A stretch of DNA of 63,995 nt, filler included, from Blastocystis sp. subtype 4 (GCF_000743755.1; 39 parts of 39 records of this genome joined end to end with filler, not necessarily neighbours in it); one strand, 5' to 3'. Positions 10,707 through 24,406 are shown, numbered from the whole stretch's first letter. The notes: generated by a model not told the origin, from the letters alone. Numbers and translations are program-made.

Positions 10707-12707
10707 TTAGGATAACAATGTATCACCCATCTCCCAGTTCCAAGTGAAACGACATTGATCAATATCTCTCTCATTAGTCATATCATAATACCAGTAGTTG
10801 TTAGCATACGTAGTAGAACACATTGGAGAATATATAACAGTCAGTTGCATAGCACGAATACTCACTCCAGTCTCAGCTCGATCACAAGCATTTCTCAAAG
10901 CAACATCAAATCCATCATTGTACTCTTTGTAAGCATTACCGTTGAAGTTCATCTGAGTCAATTTAGGGAAATTCTCCTTATCAGTACATATTGTATAAAG
11001 ATTTAAAACGATGTTATCTATTACCTCCGTGACATTTGTTGTAGCCTCATGAGAAGCAGCTTTGTGACCAGTCACTTGCAAGAATTCAAGATTCTTGAAG
11101 TATCCCTTATCACGATTATCAACCATCCATTGAATCAATGTGTTCCCATCTGAAAAGTACCATCTCCAAATACAATTCGAGAAGGACGAGTGAATTCAGA
11201 AAGAGAGATGAGAGGAATAGCAAGAGTAGCATCAACATATCTCCCAAGTTTGTAATCAGAATAGAAGTACATATCAATAGGAGATGGATTCTTCTTAGTT
11301 TGAGCAGCAAGAGATGTACGGAACAGCTCAACAGAAGGCTGAGTCATTCCAGAAAGAGCAAGAACTCGAGTGTGCTTAAGAGCCTTAGTAGGGAAAGCAT
11401 CTCTCACAGCCAGATATCTCCTCAGGACTTCAATATCAGAAATGATCTGATCAAAACAAGTGGTATTGGATTCATAATTGGTATTGTCTCCAAGAATGAA
11501 AGGATCATAAACAGGGAACCATGGTTCAGGAGTAGGAGTGACAGTGGGAGTAGGAGTAGGAGTGGGAGTAGGAGTAGGAGTAGGAGGTAGAGTAGGAGGT
11601 AGAGTAGGAGGTTCAGTAGGAGGTTCAGTAGGAGGCTCAGTAGGATTCACAATTTCAACTTCAACTGTTGTAGTTTCCTCAATCTTCTTCTTCAATTGTT
11701 CAGCTAATTGCATATCCATTTCACTTCCACTTGTTGTCAATCTCACAACAGAACTCAATGTGTTATTACCAATCTCAATCACATCAGCACTTCCACTTCC
11801 AATATCTAATCATCAAATCATTCTATCATCACTCACTCACCAATATCAGTTCTTCTGTCTTACCAAAACTTCCTTCTTCTAATGTGATGTTCTTCACAAC
11901 AGGCAATTCACTCAGATTGATCACAGTCACATTCGGGAATGAACCCTTTCCAAACACTGTCTCTTCCAAACTATTCTTCATCACAATCTCTTTCACTCCA
12001 GAGAATGAAGGAAGATCATCAACACTAACAGATGAATTCCCACTCTTTGAATAGGCGATATTGGCAATCATTTGTTTTGGATTGTTCATGAGATTGTATG
12101 TATTGAAATAGACAAATGAACTCTTATCAATCTTTGTTGAGATCAATTTGGGTTGATCAATCATTACGAATTGTTGAGCCTTTGCTCCATATTGTGATTC
12201 CTTGTCTGTTCCTTGGAAACACTTCTTACCAATCTCNACTTCTTTGATCATCTTCGAATCGATTGAGAATACAGATCCTGATTGACACACTTTGTTACCC
12301 AGTTTCATGACTTCGAGATTGGGTGTTCCATTTGTGACAAATGAAGAAGTGGATTGGAAAGGAGCACCCTTCTCTCCCTTCTCTCCTTCAATCTCAATCA
12401 TCTTCAGATTCTGTAGATTTGACATCTCGATATTCTTGATCTGTGTGAATGATCCAGCTGGAATCTTCATCTCTTGTAACATTCCATTGTTCTTCAGAGT
12501 CAACTTTGGGAAGTCGAATCCAATCTACGACCTTCAAAGGAACCAATTCCATTGAAACAATCCTCTCCCACTTGAATTGAATGAGCAGAGAGATCCTGAA
12601 GAATGAGAGAATGTGTGATAGGGAAGGAATGATTGTGGAAGAGAATGGTGTTCAATTGAGTCAATCCTATGAATGAATAGAGAAAGATATGATAACCAAT
12701 GATAGTG
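10707..12707 (-). CDS. LRR (BspA-like) protein with Pro/Thr linker, partial; possible frameshift near 11137
   Basis: LRR-like repeats at 11829-12503, an intron at ~11806-11840, a (PTEP)(PT)n linker, and a C-terminal LRR-like domain split across two frames. Confidence 0.7.
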
Positions 12708-12807
12708 NNNNNNNNNNNNNNNNNNNNNNNNNNNNNNNNNNNNNNNNNNNNTTAATTAATTAANNNNNNNNNNNNNNNNNNNNNNNNNNNNNNNNNNNNN
12801 NNNNNNN

Positions 12808-14279
12808 TCATTCTATCTCTTCTTCTGGTACATTTGATGGTCCTTCAAATGCATTTGATTACAGTTGGAATTATCGTGTATATATCTCTTCTTCTTCTCT
12901 TCCTGCCTATGTGATTGGTTCATTTGAAACTATCATTCCTCTTATCAATTCTATTCGATTATATACTGACTATATTCCAAGTTACTCTCCTTCTTCATTC
13001 ATTGTATCAGGAAGTGATTCTGATTCTTCTTGGACTACTCTATTGACTCAATCTGGTCAGACTTATAATGCGAATTCATGGAATCAATGGTCATTGAATT
13101 CTCCTTCACAATTCAAATCAATCAAGTTCACTGTCAATTCTGTTCAATCAACTGATAGTGCCTATATCACTGAACTTCAATTCATGACTTGTAATCAACC
13201 AAGTACTCTTTCTCTTCCTCAATCCTCCCATTCATTCTTCATTTATCAACCAATTTCATTAACAATTGATATGAATGGAATCACAAACTGTATCATCTCT
13301 CCTCCTCTTCCTCAAGGACTCATTCTCAATCCTTCTTCTTGTTCTATCTCTGGATCTCTCTCATCCTCCTATTCATCTATTCATACAATCACTGCTCTAT
13401 CTGGATCAAACTCTCTCATTCGTCCTGTTTCTCTCACCATCATTTCCTGTTATGAATCTCTATCCCTTCATCTCATTCATTCAACTCAATCCACTCAAGG
13501 ACAAGGATTCATCATTCATAACACTCTCACAAATCAAGTATTGAAGCAAGTCTCTTCTCAAGATCAACTCTCTATTGGAGATACTCATTATGCTATCTGT
13601 ACTTCAGATCCACTACAAATCACTCTCTCAAGCTCCACTGCTTATTGGTCTCCCAATTCCTATCTCTATCTCTATCAGGTTCATAATCCAGATGGAGAAG
13701 AAGAACTCTTGTTGAAGGCTCGATATGACATCTATGTTAGGAATACTCACACATTCCATATTCACAACTATCAAATCAACAGAAATCAACAATGGTATTA
13801 CAAGATGAGACTCATTCCTGACGATTGGTTCAATGATGACATATCAGGATGGAGACAAGCCAATCGAGATACATATCCACAGTCCTCCAATCAGATTCAA
13901 TTGTACAAGAATCTATTCAATCTCAACACTCTCGATCAAATCTCCTCAATCTCTCTCAATATCCGATATCTCTATGGATGCATAGTCTATCTCAATCATC
14001 ATGAAGTCTTCAGGAATCATGTCTCTGGTCCTCTATCTCCCTCTATCTTAGCAACTCAATCCTATTCTCAACTCCTCTATCGTTCCATCACTCTTCCTCC
14101 TAGACTCGTTGATTCTGGTCAATCTACTCCTCTCCTTCAACAAGGATCCAATGTCATTGCAATTGCTATCATTGCCATCTCTTCTATCAATCACAGAGAT
14201 TCTCTCTTCGATGCCTCTCTGCGATTCATTTACAATCAACCTCTCTCTCACATCTCTCCCTTCACTGTTGAGGCTTCGA
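12808..14279 (+). CDS. He_PIG/galactose-binding-like surface protein fragment
   Basis: LPQGLILNPSSCSISG and RYLYGCIVYLNHHEVFR. Close paralog at 62936-63995. Confidence 0.8.
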
Positions 14280-14745
14280 NNNNNNNNNNNNNNNNNNNNN
14301 NNNNNNNNNNNNNNNNNNNNNNNTTAATTAATTAANNNNNNNNNNNNNNNNNNNNNNNNNNNNNNNNNNNNNNNNNNNNCTAGAGATGAACGAAAATCAG
14401 CTACAATGTACCAATACGTCCGTGACCGGCACTAACATGTCCTCTGGCCTTTCTGTTCTTGCTGAATCTAGTAGGCTATAAAATGGTAAGTTGAAGAGAA
14501 ACAAAACAATGAAATCAGTCCAAACGACTGATTATGCACGGGAATTAACAACGAACCATTTAATAGTGGTGGTGAAATCGATTCTATGAGAAACAAGGTA
14601 AGAATGACAACCGCGGTTATCGCACAGTAACCAGAGACCAGAGGTTTTGATCAATAGACACATTAAAACCTCAGAGCAATACTTCAAGATGCGTTCCTGA
14701 ACAAACATGTCAAGATCGTTACAATAGACATAATGTAAAAGGCAC

Positions 14746-15187
14746 TTATATGACGGACTCCGGTCTATATCTCTTGAAGTCACTCTCCTGACTTCTGGGC
14801 ATCACTTCTCCAATCTCCGTTAGACGCTTCAACTAAACCCTTACAAAGTCACAGACAGTCATACAGCATCCTCAATAGCTGGAGGGGCAAGTCCCTCGAG
14901 ATCCATCTCCTTCGTATTGTTGTAGTCTACAAGTTAACAGTCATACATAAAAGGACCATAACGGGCAATCACCTTTGCACGAATTCCATCGCACTCTCTC
15001 ACGATGATGGGAAGAATGGGATTCATGGATTTAATACTATGGTACTGCTTTTCAATGAAGTCTCTATACGATTAGGACTCGTTTCAATCATAGGAGCCTA
15101 CCGAACTCCTTGGCTTCCAACAGAGTTCGCACAGTACAGAAAACGAAGCTCTTGAAGGTTCTTACCAATTCTATAACGCCACGCCAT
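14746..15187 (-). CDS. NDUFA2: NADH:ubiquinone oxidoreductase subunit B8 (CI-B8 domain), 3 introns
   Basis: Spliced: MAWRYRIGKNLQELRFLYCANSVGSQGVRDFIEKQYHSIKSMNPILPIIVRECDGIRAKVIARYDY...SVI*. TGTTTGTT (minus) at 14700-14707. Confidence 0.88.
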
Positions 15188-15410
15188 TTGAAATGATGAG
15201 TTATGAATCCAATCGGGTTAGGATTTATTGATTTAGGTGTTCAACAAGACTTGCATGTCGTTGCACACTGGAGAAAGGAGCCATTTATTGGGTTTGATGC
15301 TCATTCTCTATTAATACAATGTCAATCGTAATAAGGAACAATCAAACAAACAGTCTACAGGACAAGGTTAACCCAACAGCAGATAACACCCATGCTTCAG
15401 AGTCACACAC

Positions 15411-15878
15411 TTATGTATGAGGCTTCTCCTTCTTTCCACGGAACAGAGCGAGGAGAGAAGTCTTGGAGACACACACCACCTTGAAACGGACTCCCGGAAT
15501 ATCACCAACAGCATGACCAGAACGACCGAATCCAGCAATCAGGACCTCATCGTTCTCATCCACAAAGTTCAGACAACCATCACGAGGAACGAACGCAGTG
15601 ATCTTCTTTCCATTCTTGATCAACTGAACACGGACGCACTTACGAATAGCAGAGTTAGGCTGCTTAGCCTCTACTCCACTATCCATCAAACACATCCATC
15701 AAACACTTACACCTTCTCAAGAACAATTCCCTTAGCCATAGTGGCTCCTCCGAGGACATTAGCCTTAATCGAAGAGATGTTGTGTCCCTTCTTGTAAGTC
15801 TAGACAATGAGAACTATGAAAATCGCTAATCACCTTATCAGCCCATCTCTCGTTACGACGAACCACACGAAGTTTACG
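15411..15878 (-). CDS. RPS23: 40S ribosomal protein S23 (uS12), 5'-truncated
   Basis: RWADK|TYKKGH...[32 protein letters not shown]...[10 protein letters not shown]. Introns at 15679-15710 and 15800-15833. Confidence 0.97.
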
Positions 15879-15978
15879 NNNNNNNNNNNNNNNNNNNNNN
15901 NNNNNNNNNNNNNNNNNNNNNNTTAATTAATTAANNNNNNNNNNNNNNNNNNNNNNNNNNNNNNNNNNNNNNNNNNNN

Positions 15979-17464
15979 CCTGAGAAGGAATTCCTGAGAT
16001 GATTCCAGTAGATGAATTGAGAGATAGACCTATTGGTAGTGATCCTGATGTAATCGAGAATGATAGTTCATCTCCATCAACAGTGGGAATGATAGAGAAT
16101 ATATTACTCTTTGCCAGAATAAATGAAGATTGAGGATAAGAGAATGAAGAGATGGGAGTGATAACAGTGAATGAAAGAACAACAGTTTCAATTGCTGTTC
16201 CACTCACTGCTTCAATTGTGACTGATTGAGAAGAGAGTAATTGAGAAGGAGATCCAGAGATGACTCCAGTTGATGGATTGATAGATAGACCAATAGGAAG
16301 TGATCCTGAGACAATGGAGATAGTAGAGACTTTGGTGATATTGGGAGTGATAGAGAAGGATAGTCCTTGACCAATGATGAGATTGGTTTGAGGATATGAG
16401 ATGAGAGATGAAATGATCTCAATTGATACAATACGGATGAGAGTTCTTGAATCAGAAATGGCAGTGATATTGTAAGAAGAGAAAGAAAGAGAAGTGAGAG
16501 TTCCAGAGATAGTACAAGTAGTACGATTGAGAATGAGTCCTTGAGGAAGAGAAGGAGTGATGTGACAGTTCATAACACCATTCATATCAATAGTGAATGA
16601 GATGGATTGATGAATGAGAAATGAATAGGAAGATGAAGGAAGAAAGATTCGACGAATGAATATACAATGATCCAACTTGACTTCACCCAATACACCTCCA
16701 GAACACTCACGATATGAATATCCACTGTAACCCTCAGGACAAGAAGAAGGAGAGATTTGACCTTCACCCACTAAAGGATAGTTGCCAATTGAAGGACACA
16801 CAGATCCTGTTGGCTTACAATAGGCCATATGAACCGAGCCCAAAGTGGTTGTAGTTGAACCAGTATCAGTAACTTCCCATCGATATCTGCGGAATCCAGC
16901 CAAAGCCACAGGAACAGGAATCTGAGGCTTTGTTCGAGAAGTCACAGTCTGATCAACAGCACTCAGAATTGTAATAGTTTCCTCCTCATCATTAGGATTG
17001 GAATAAGCATAGATATCAAAGCCCAAAGAAAAAACAGTATTAGATCCAACTATGTTGAATGAATTCCATTTGCTTCCAACCAGATTCTCAACAGTCCATT
17101 CGATATAGGTTCCAATTGCATTAAGAAGTCTACCAGTAGTGTAAGGATCCAAATCCATGATTCCAGCAAGAGTACCTGAACTGGGATTCGTAGAAGTGAG
17201 AGAAGAATAAGAATCAACAACAGTAGAACAATCTTCAACTCCAAATACTCCAGTAGCATCAAACACAACAGGATCAGAAGACTGAATACATTACTACCTT
17301 CCTCAATTCCAGATGTTGAAAGAATCACATGGAACTTCGAGAACACAGTAGAATCATGATCAGTAATTGATAGACTCAAAGAATCGAAATTATCTTCAAG
17401 ATTGAATCGAGCAACCAGATTTCCATTCAGATAGGCAGCCACTCCTCCAGAATACTTCACTCGA
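15979..17464 (-). CDS. He_PIG surface protein fragment (frame break near 17280)
   Basis: Galactose-binding-like segment, Cys-rich CPEGYSGYSYREC, then Ig repeats (LPIGLSINPSTGVISGSP). Confidence 0.75.
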
Positions 17465-17564
17465 NNNNNNNNNNNNNNNNNNNNNNNNNNNNNNNNNNNN
17501 NNNNNNNNTTAATTAATTAANNNNNNNNNNNNNNNNNNNNNNNNNNNNNNNNNNNNNNNNNNNN

Positions 17565-17664
17565 GCAACTCAAAACACTCAATCCCATATCAAACTTATA
17601 CTATTAACACCTTAAACCCACTTAGCCCTCAGAGCCAATCCTTATCCCGAAGTTACGGATCTAT
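17565..17664 (-). rRNA. 28S (LSU) rRNA fragment
   Basis: Minus strand ATAGATCCGTAACTTCGGGATAAGGATTGGCTCTGAGGGCT is a conserved eukaryotic LSU segment. Similarity stops at 17664. Confidence 0.85.
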
Positions 17665-18129
17665 AATGTCTATGTAGGATGAGAAGGAAATGATTATTGG
17701 ATTTCAACTGTTTTATAAAAGGGTTAGATAGTAACATCAATGAGATGATTGGTTTCTTCGATTTTTGTGGTCAAGAAGGATAATCAGCATCATAGTTGTC
17801 GCTTATTGACACTATTCATTATAGATTGAGCAGGCAAACGAACCAGATCACGAGTCTCGAACCCTAGGTATCTATATAGCGTAATTGTACGAAATATGAT
17901 CAATAATTGAAGACTCACTATACTATTTCAAGCCAAAAGCCGAAACAGTGGCCTAGTAACTCGCTCAACCGTAGACTGAGCAATAAGAATAAAATTACAG
18001 CCCTACAGGCTGGTTCAAGCAGTTGAACTGTTGTTAATTGTTAACAACAGTCAACTGCCTGCGTAAGAACTAGAATAATCGTTAAAACAAATAGAATGGA
18101 ATATCGTAATCAGAGAATACAACGGTATA

Positions 18130-18259
18130 TATGAAATGGTAAAGTTACCTTTCATTTGCTTGCATCTTCCCTGTAGAGCTTCCAGGATTGGAGGCTCATG
18201 TTGGCAACGGTCCACCCTATACAAATTATGTACATGATAAGGGTCAACTACTTGCTACT
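18130..18259 (-). mobile_element. Degenerate terminal repeat of the Polinton-like element
   Basis: AGTAGCAAGTAGTTGAC...CAACATGAGCCTCCAATCCTGGAAGCTCTACAGGG. Confidence 0.6.
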
Positions 18260-18474
18260 AAGAGATTAACTGTAGGCCTTCAATTATATTACCACTTCAT
18301 CATACCATTCATTTCTTATTGCTATTTATATCTACACTCTCATATCATATTAATTCTATTCATTTTTCATAATTGATGGAGATAACCGCATTTTCCGCTA
18401 CGACATTAATTTGTTATAATCTCGTTAGTTCTTTTATGTTTGTTACCAAGATCTTGTATGATAATTTGATATGA

Positions 18475-19008
18475 TTGTTGTTGATTGTAGTATCAATCAT
18501 CTCATTCTATTCTTCACATTCTGTTTCATTCTTCATTCTACTCTCATTTCTAGTTATCCTTTTTCAATGTTCATCTAATCAAGATTATGTTAAGATCACT
18601 AAAACAACTACATATAACGCTAATCAAGAGTCATTTGAGATTGTTTCTGGTTCTTCTGTTCTATTCACTTCTCCTTCATTCTCAAACAATCAACAATATG
18701 TGTATGAAATCTGTTTGACTGCTTCTTCTAATCACATATTCACTCTTGTTATGAAATGTTCACAGAATGGTCTGTGGTCTTCAGGTACTTGGATTGAGAT
18801 AGAAGGAATGAATGGAAACATTGTGTACAAGGGAATGATGACTGAAGGGAGGGTTCAAACAGAACAGTTCTCTCTATATTCTCCTATCAACAAGAATGAT
18901 AGTTGGAAATACACAAACAGTGTTTCAGGCAATTGGAAGGATGTGAGTTATTCAGATGTTGATTGGAGTGATGTTGTGACAGGAAGTGCAACACAGTCAG
19001 TATCTGGA
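18475..19008 (+). CDS. Surface protein family, N-terminus with hydrophobic leader
   Basis: Hydrophobic leader, then CSSNQDYVKITK...WIEIEGMNGNIVYKGMMT. Paralogs at 24407 and 32887. Exact start uncertain. Confidence 0.7.
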
Positions 19009-19108
19009 NNNNNNNNNNNNNNNNNNNNNNNNNNNNNNNNNNNNNNNNNNNNTTAATTAATTAANNNNNNNNNNNNNNNNNNNNNNNNNNNNNNNNNNNN
19101 NNNNNNNN

Positions 19109-20551
19109 ATGTGTTCCAAGTGGAATCATCGAAACTGACAGTATTCCAATCACTTGACACATCACTCTGTATCACCTTCCAATCTGTGTATTCAATCTGG
19201 AAAGGGAGATAGCTTGAGAATACAGTGGTCACAGTCACAGGTTTGATAACATTTCTTGGTACTTCATTGATATCCAATTCCATTTCTCCCATATCAACAG
19301 TCAGAGTATAACCAGATCCAATTGACCATCCATCTCCAAATGAATCAATCGCCTGGAATGTGTAGAAGTCATTCTGAAGACAGAAATCCAGATAATAGTA
19401 CGACTGCTTCACAGGGAATCTGGTTACAGACTGAAGAGGAGTACCAGAAGTGGTTCGACCAGCAAACAGTTTCCATGAGTTTTCACTATCGAAGCTATCA
19501 GCTCGAATTCGAATCGTTATGAGACTCTGAGCACCAGAACACACATTAACACCAAGAGAGAAGGTGGTCGTATAAGAGGTTCCTGTGAACTGAGTAGCTG
19601 TCACAGTATAAGTCGTAGTAGGCGATTGGACCGTAGGAGTACCTGAGATCCATCCATTGAAGGCATCAATCACCAGACCCTGAGGCAGAGCAGGCGTAAT
19701 CTCAAAATGATTGTATCCAAATGAGACACTAGGGATCAACTCAGCCATTTCGATGTTCATAAACGCGGTCACAGACTCATAAGTGAAATCTTCTACGTCT
19801 TCTAACAGATTCTCAGCATACAAATTCAGAGATTGAACTCTCCATGTGCAAGCAGCATTATTACCAGTTCCAAAGTCTTCAAATTTGAACTGATTGTAAG
19901 GAACATTGTTATTAGTGTAAATACGACGCTTCTGAGCAGCCATTGAATAAGTGAGGCCTGATACTTCCGTAATCAGAGTCCATGATTCACTATTGGAGTT
20001 ACGTCCGTATAACTTGAACTGTTTAGCTCCTGAAACCGCCGTATCGTACGAGTTCTGGATTTGAACTGAACCAATCCATTCTCTTCTATCATTATTCAAT
20101 GTGATAGTTAGCGAATTGGAACCACATGAACTCGAACCAATGAATGTGGCTGATGTGAGATCAAAAGGATTTGAAGCACTTCCAGTAATACCACTAATAA
20201 CTCCTGAAAACTCCCAAATGTGGGCCTCAGGTCTGTTAGTCATCAAACGGACAGTCGCATCGAAGTAAGATGTCTTCTGAGTATCGAGAATGGACACAAC
20301 AGCAATAGCAATGGTGTTGAGACCTTGCTTCAGGTAAGTGACTGAAGGCTGTGAGGGATCCTTTGGCACGAACTTACCAGGTAGAGTTACCACACGATAC
20401 AAAAGATTTGTATACGAGTTTTCAGCTTGAGAATTGATCGACAGGTCACCTGTCACTCCATTTCTCCATGCTTCATTTCCATTCAAATACACAATCACTC
20501 CATATCTGTATCGAATCGATACAATCAATCCAGACACTTCATTCAATGAGG
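19109..20551 (-). CDS. He_PIG/galactose-binding-like surface protein fragment
   Basis: Open across the contig. GVIVYLNGNEAWR and LPQGLVIDAFNGWISGTPT. Confidence 0.8.
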
Positions 20552-20651
20552 NNNNNNNNNNNNNNNNNNNNNNNNNNNNNNNNNNNNNNNNNNNNTTAAT
20601 TAATTAANNNNNNNNNNNNNNNNNNNNNNNNNNNNNNNNNNNNNNNNNNNN

Positions 20652-22089
20652 ACTCTCTTCTCAATCAGTCACAATCGAAGCAATGAGTGGAACAGCAATT
20701 GAAACTGTTGTTCTTTCATTCACTGTTATCACTCCTATCACTTCATTCTCTTATCCTCAATCATCCTATATTCTATCAAGAGATGATCCTGTTTCAATCA
20801 TTCCTACAGTCAATGGAGATGATCCTTCCTTCTCTATCACATCTGGATCTCTTCCTATTGGTCTATCTCTCAATCCGTCAACTGGAGTCATATCAGGAAC
20901 TCCTTTTCTATCAGTATCATCTCAAACGGTTACTATCAAAGCATCAAATGAATTGAGTCATCAATCTATCTCACTCACATTCACAGTACTCGTTTCTATC
21001 TCTTCATTCTCATATCCTCAATCATCCTTTGTTCTGACAAAGAATACTCCATTTTCCATCTCTCCTTCTGTTGATGGAGATCAACTCTCATTCTCTATTT
21101 CATCAGGATCACTTCCTGTTGGACTCTCGCTCAATCCTTCAAATGGAATTATCTCAGGAAACCCTTCTCAATTTGTGTCATCTCAATCAGTTACAATCAA
21201 AGCATCAAATGAAGTGAGTGATCAATCATTCTCTATTTCATTCACTGTTCTCACTCCCATCTCTTCATTCTCATATCCTCAGACTTCCTATATCCTATCA
21301 GCTGGTGTATCATTCTCTATTACTCCCACTATCAATGGAGATGATCTATCATTCTCTATCATATCAGGATCACTTCCTTATGGATTGTCACTCAACTCTA
21401 CAACAGGAGTCATATCTGGAACTCCTTCTCAATCAGTATTACCTCAACCAGTTACTATCAAAGCATTCAATGAAGTGAGTGATCAATCTGTTGCTATCAT
21501 AATCACCATTCTCACTCCCATTTCTTCATTTTCATATCCTCAATCATCTTATGTTCTATCAAGAGATGATCCTGTTTCAATCATTCCTTCAATCAATGGA
21601 GATGAACTCTCATTCTCTATCACATCTGGATCTCTTCCTATTGGTCTATCTCTCATTTCATCAACTGGAATGATATCAGGAACTCCTTCTCAATCAGTAT
21701 CATCTCAATCAGTCACAATCAAAGCATTCAATGAAGTGAGTGATCAATCATTCTCTCTTTCATTCACTATTCAACTCATTCCTTCATCTCTCAACTACAA
21801 TCAAACCATCTTCATCATTCAAAACAACATCCACTTCAGTACAACTCCCACCTGTGAAGGAGATGATCTGTCATTCTCCATTATCTCTGGATCTCTTCCT
21901 ATTGGTCTATCTATCGATTCATCAACAGGAATCATATCTGGAACTTCTCTATCTTCAATTCCTCTCACAAACATCACCATTCAAGCATCCAATCAAGTCG
22001 GATCAACTCAATTCACAATCTCCATTCTAGTCATTATTCCTCTATCCAATCTTCATTATTCTCAATTCTCATTCACTCTCATCAAAGGA
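20652..22089 (+). CDS. Tandem He_PIG (putative Ig) repeat region of a surface protein
   Basis: About five 87-aa units (SFSYPQSS...GSLPIGLSLNPSTGVISGTP). Confidence 0.85.
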
Positions 22090-22189
22090 NNNNNNNNNNN
22101 NNNNNNNNNNNNNNNNNNNNNNNNNNNNNNNNNTTAATTAATTAANNNNNNNNNNNNNNNNNNNNNNNNNNNNNNNNNNNNNNNNNNNN

Positions 22190-22286
22190 GTAACTCAGCA
22201 AGATAAGAACCGTCCTGACCTGTAATACCTGTAATCAAAGCAACCTTCTTCTTCTTTCCTTCTTCTTTCACTAATTCACCTGACAT
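22190..22286 (-). CDS. GMDS: GDP-mannose 4,6-dehydratase, 5' end
   Basis: MSGELVKEEGKKKKVALITGITGQDGSYLAEL. Confidence 0.93.
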
Positions 22287-22506
22287 TTCAGAATGATTAT
22301 GACCTACTGTCCGTCAATGATTCGATCATGAAACTTCCTCGAAACTGAAATGAAATCGATTTCATTTCCCCTCTCTTCTATTCATTCCCGTTTCTTTCGG
22401 ATAATATGCTCATTTTCATTTACTATTCCTCTATTCATTTCCATTCCTAAAGGAACAAACAAACAAATCTATAATAAATCATATATCTAAAGAAACACTG
22501 AACACA

Positions 22507-23400
22507 TCAGTTATCTTTGAACTGTTGATACTAGTTTCGAAATCATTCTAAAATGCCTACCTTTCGATTAAACACTTCAATCAGTTCCATTTCCTCTGCT
22601 TTCTCATCCTTCTCCTTTATACTTTGTATCACCGCTTTTCGAAGGGCATCCACTAATTCTACTTGTCATATCATAACATTTACTTACATCTAGGTTTTGT
22701 CGAATCAATTTGGCTACTTGTTTCTCGTATTTTGATCCTTTTGCAGTTTCAGAAACTTCCTTCTTCTCTACAGTCTCTTTCTTTTCAGGTTCCTCCTTTG
22801 TTTCCTGACGCTGCTTGGCAATTTCCTTTGATTTTTGCTGACGTTCCACCTTCTTTGCTTCCTTTTTCAACTCTTTCATCACAGATCGCTAATAATGAAA
22901 ACAAGATACAAAACGAACTCGATCATGACGATAATTACGACACGCCAGGATTTGCTTCCTTTTCCATTGTTGCATCTCATCAAATAATTTCTTTGCAGTT
23001 TCGGTTGAGATATGGCAGAATTCAGAAATGTTCTTTACAAAGCCAGCTTCTTTCGTTGGGACCGTGTCCAATTTGCATAGTTGGTCGAATACCGGTTTCA
23101 ACTCTTCATCCTTGTTCTCAAATGCCATTCGATCGATAATACGCAAAGTATCAACTCCTGCATTTTGAGATTTCTACACAATAAAAACGATACAACAAAC
23201 TATACAGCTTTAGGATTGTATAATGCAGGAGCAATCGTTTTGATCGCTCTTTCACAATCCAGATGGTTTGAAATGTCCTGTACTCGCAATTCCTCGTTAC
23301 ATTCGCTACAATCAAAAGTAGTTCCACGACACTTATTCACATGTAATAATGCATTCTCCTTTCGGAAAGCTCGATGACATTTTGTACAAATCCAATACAT
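22507..23400 (-). CDS. LYAR: LYAR-like C2HC zinc-finger nucleolar protein (multi-exon)
   Basis: MYWICTKC...HVNKC...CSEC...NHLDC, a Lys/Glu-rich middle, and spliced C-terminus LRKAVIQS...ELIEVFNRKYQQFKDN*. TGTTTGTT (minus) at ~22454. Confidence 0.75.
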
Positions 23401-23548
23401 GTTCTCTTATTCAAGTGTGAGGTCATCGCCACTTGGGCTAGTTGGGACCGAAGAATGTCGTCACATATCCCAACCGCAGTAACCACAATCGCGGGAATCC
23501 CGTTCATTTCTATTCATTCAACCACATATTCGCCCTAAAGAACTAGAA

Positions 23549-23626
23549 ATGTCTGAAGGTGGTTTGTGTCTTCCTCTTTTGATTTTATAGTGCCTGTTGA
23601 AGTTCCTACTGAAGCTCCTGCTGAAG
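23549..23626 (+). CDS. 5' end of an unidentified gene with an acidic N-terminus
   Basis: ATGTCTGAAG|GT..AG intron|...MSEVPVEVPTEAPAE. Divergent from LYAR. Confidence 0.45.
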
Positions 23627-24406
23627 NNNNNNNNNNNNNNNNNNNNNNNNNNNNNNNNNNNNNNNNNNNNTTAATTAATTAANNNNNNNNNNNNNNNNNN
23701 NNNNNNNNNNNNNNNNNNNNNNNNNNCTATTGACTCCAACTCATAATCATCCAGATATCTCTCTTCTGACTTCAATACACTCAATTCGATATTGTTTCCA
23801 ATCATTCTATGAACAATTCATTACCATTCATTTTAATGAAATCATAATGAATATGAGATGGAAGTGGCTTGACAGTGATTATCACTCATTCTATCCATAT
23901 TCAACCATTCTATTCATATTCATCATTCCATTCCATTCATCATATTCAATCATCTCACAATCATCTGTTCATCACATCATTCAGTCATTCATTCCCGTGA
24001 TTCTAATCAGTTTCTATCATTTCACATTACAATCAATCAAACATCAATACTAATTCTGTCATCATTCATACGACAATTCGGATCCCCAATTACGCCATTC
24101 CCCATTAGCCCATTTCATTCATTTCACTCCACATTCACTTTCATTCATATCTCACTATTCTACTATAATCTACTATCATCTCTTCATTCCTATTCAATAT
24201 TACTGAATACAATCACGGGAATATCATTTTCATCATTCATTACTCATATCATTCATTTCTTATTTCCTATTTCCATTTATATCTACACTCTCATATCATA
24301 TCAATTGTACTCAAATTTCATTATTCATGCTAATCATTTTCTTTCTCTTCTCTATCAATTTGTTATCATTTCATTAATTCTCATCCGTTAATTTCTTCAT
24401 CACTAA

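Noticed and set aside
11538..11882. GV/GGRV-repeat ORF on the plus strand
   Set aside because: Antisense of the Pro/Thr linker of the minus-strand LRR gene.
20687..22030. Short Leu/His-rich ORFs overlapping the Ig repeats
   Set aside because: Alternative-frame shadows of pyrimidine-rich codon usage.
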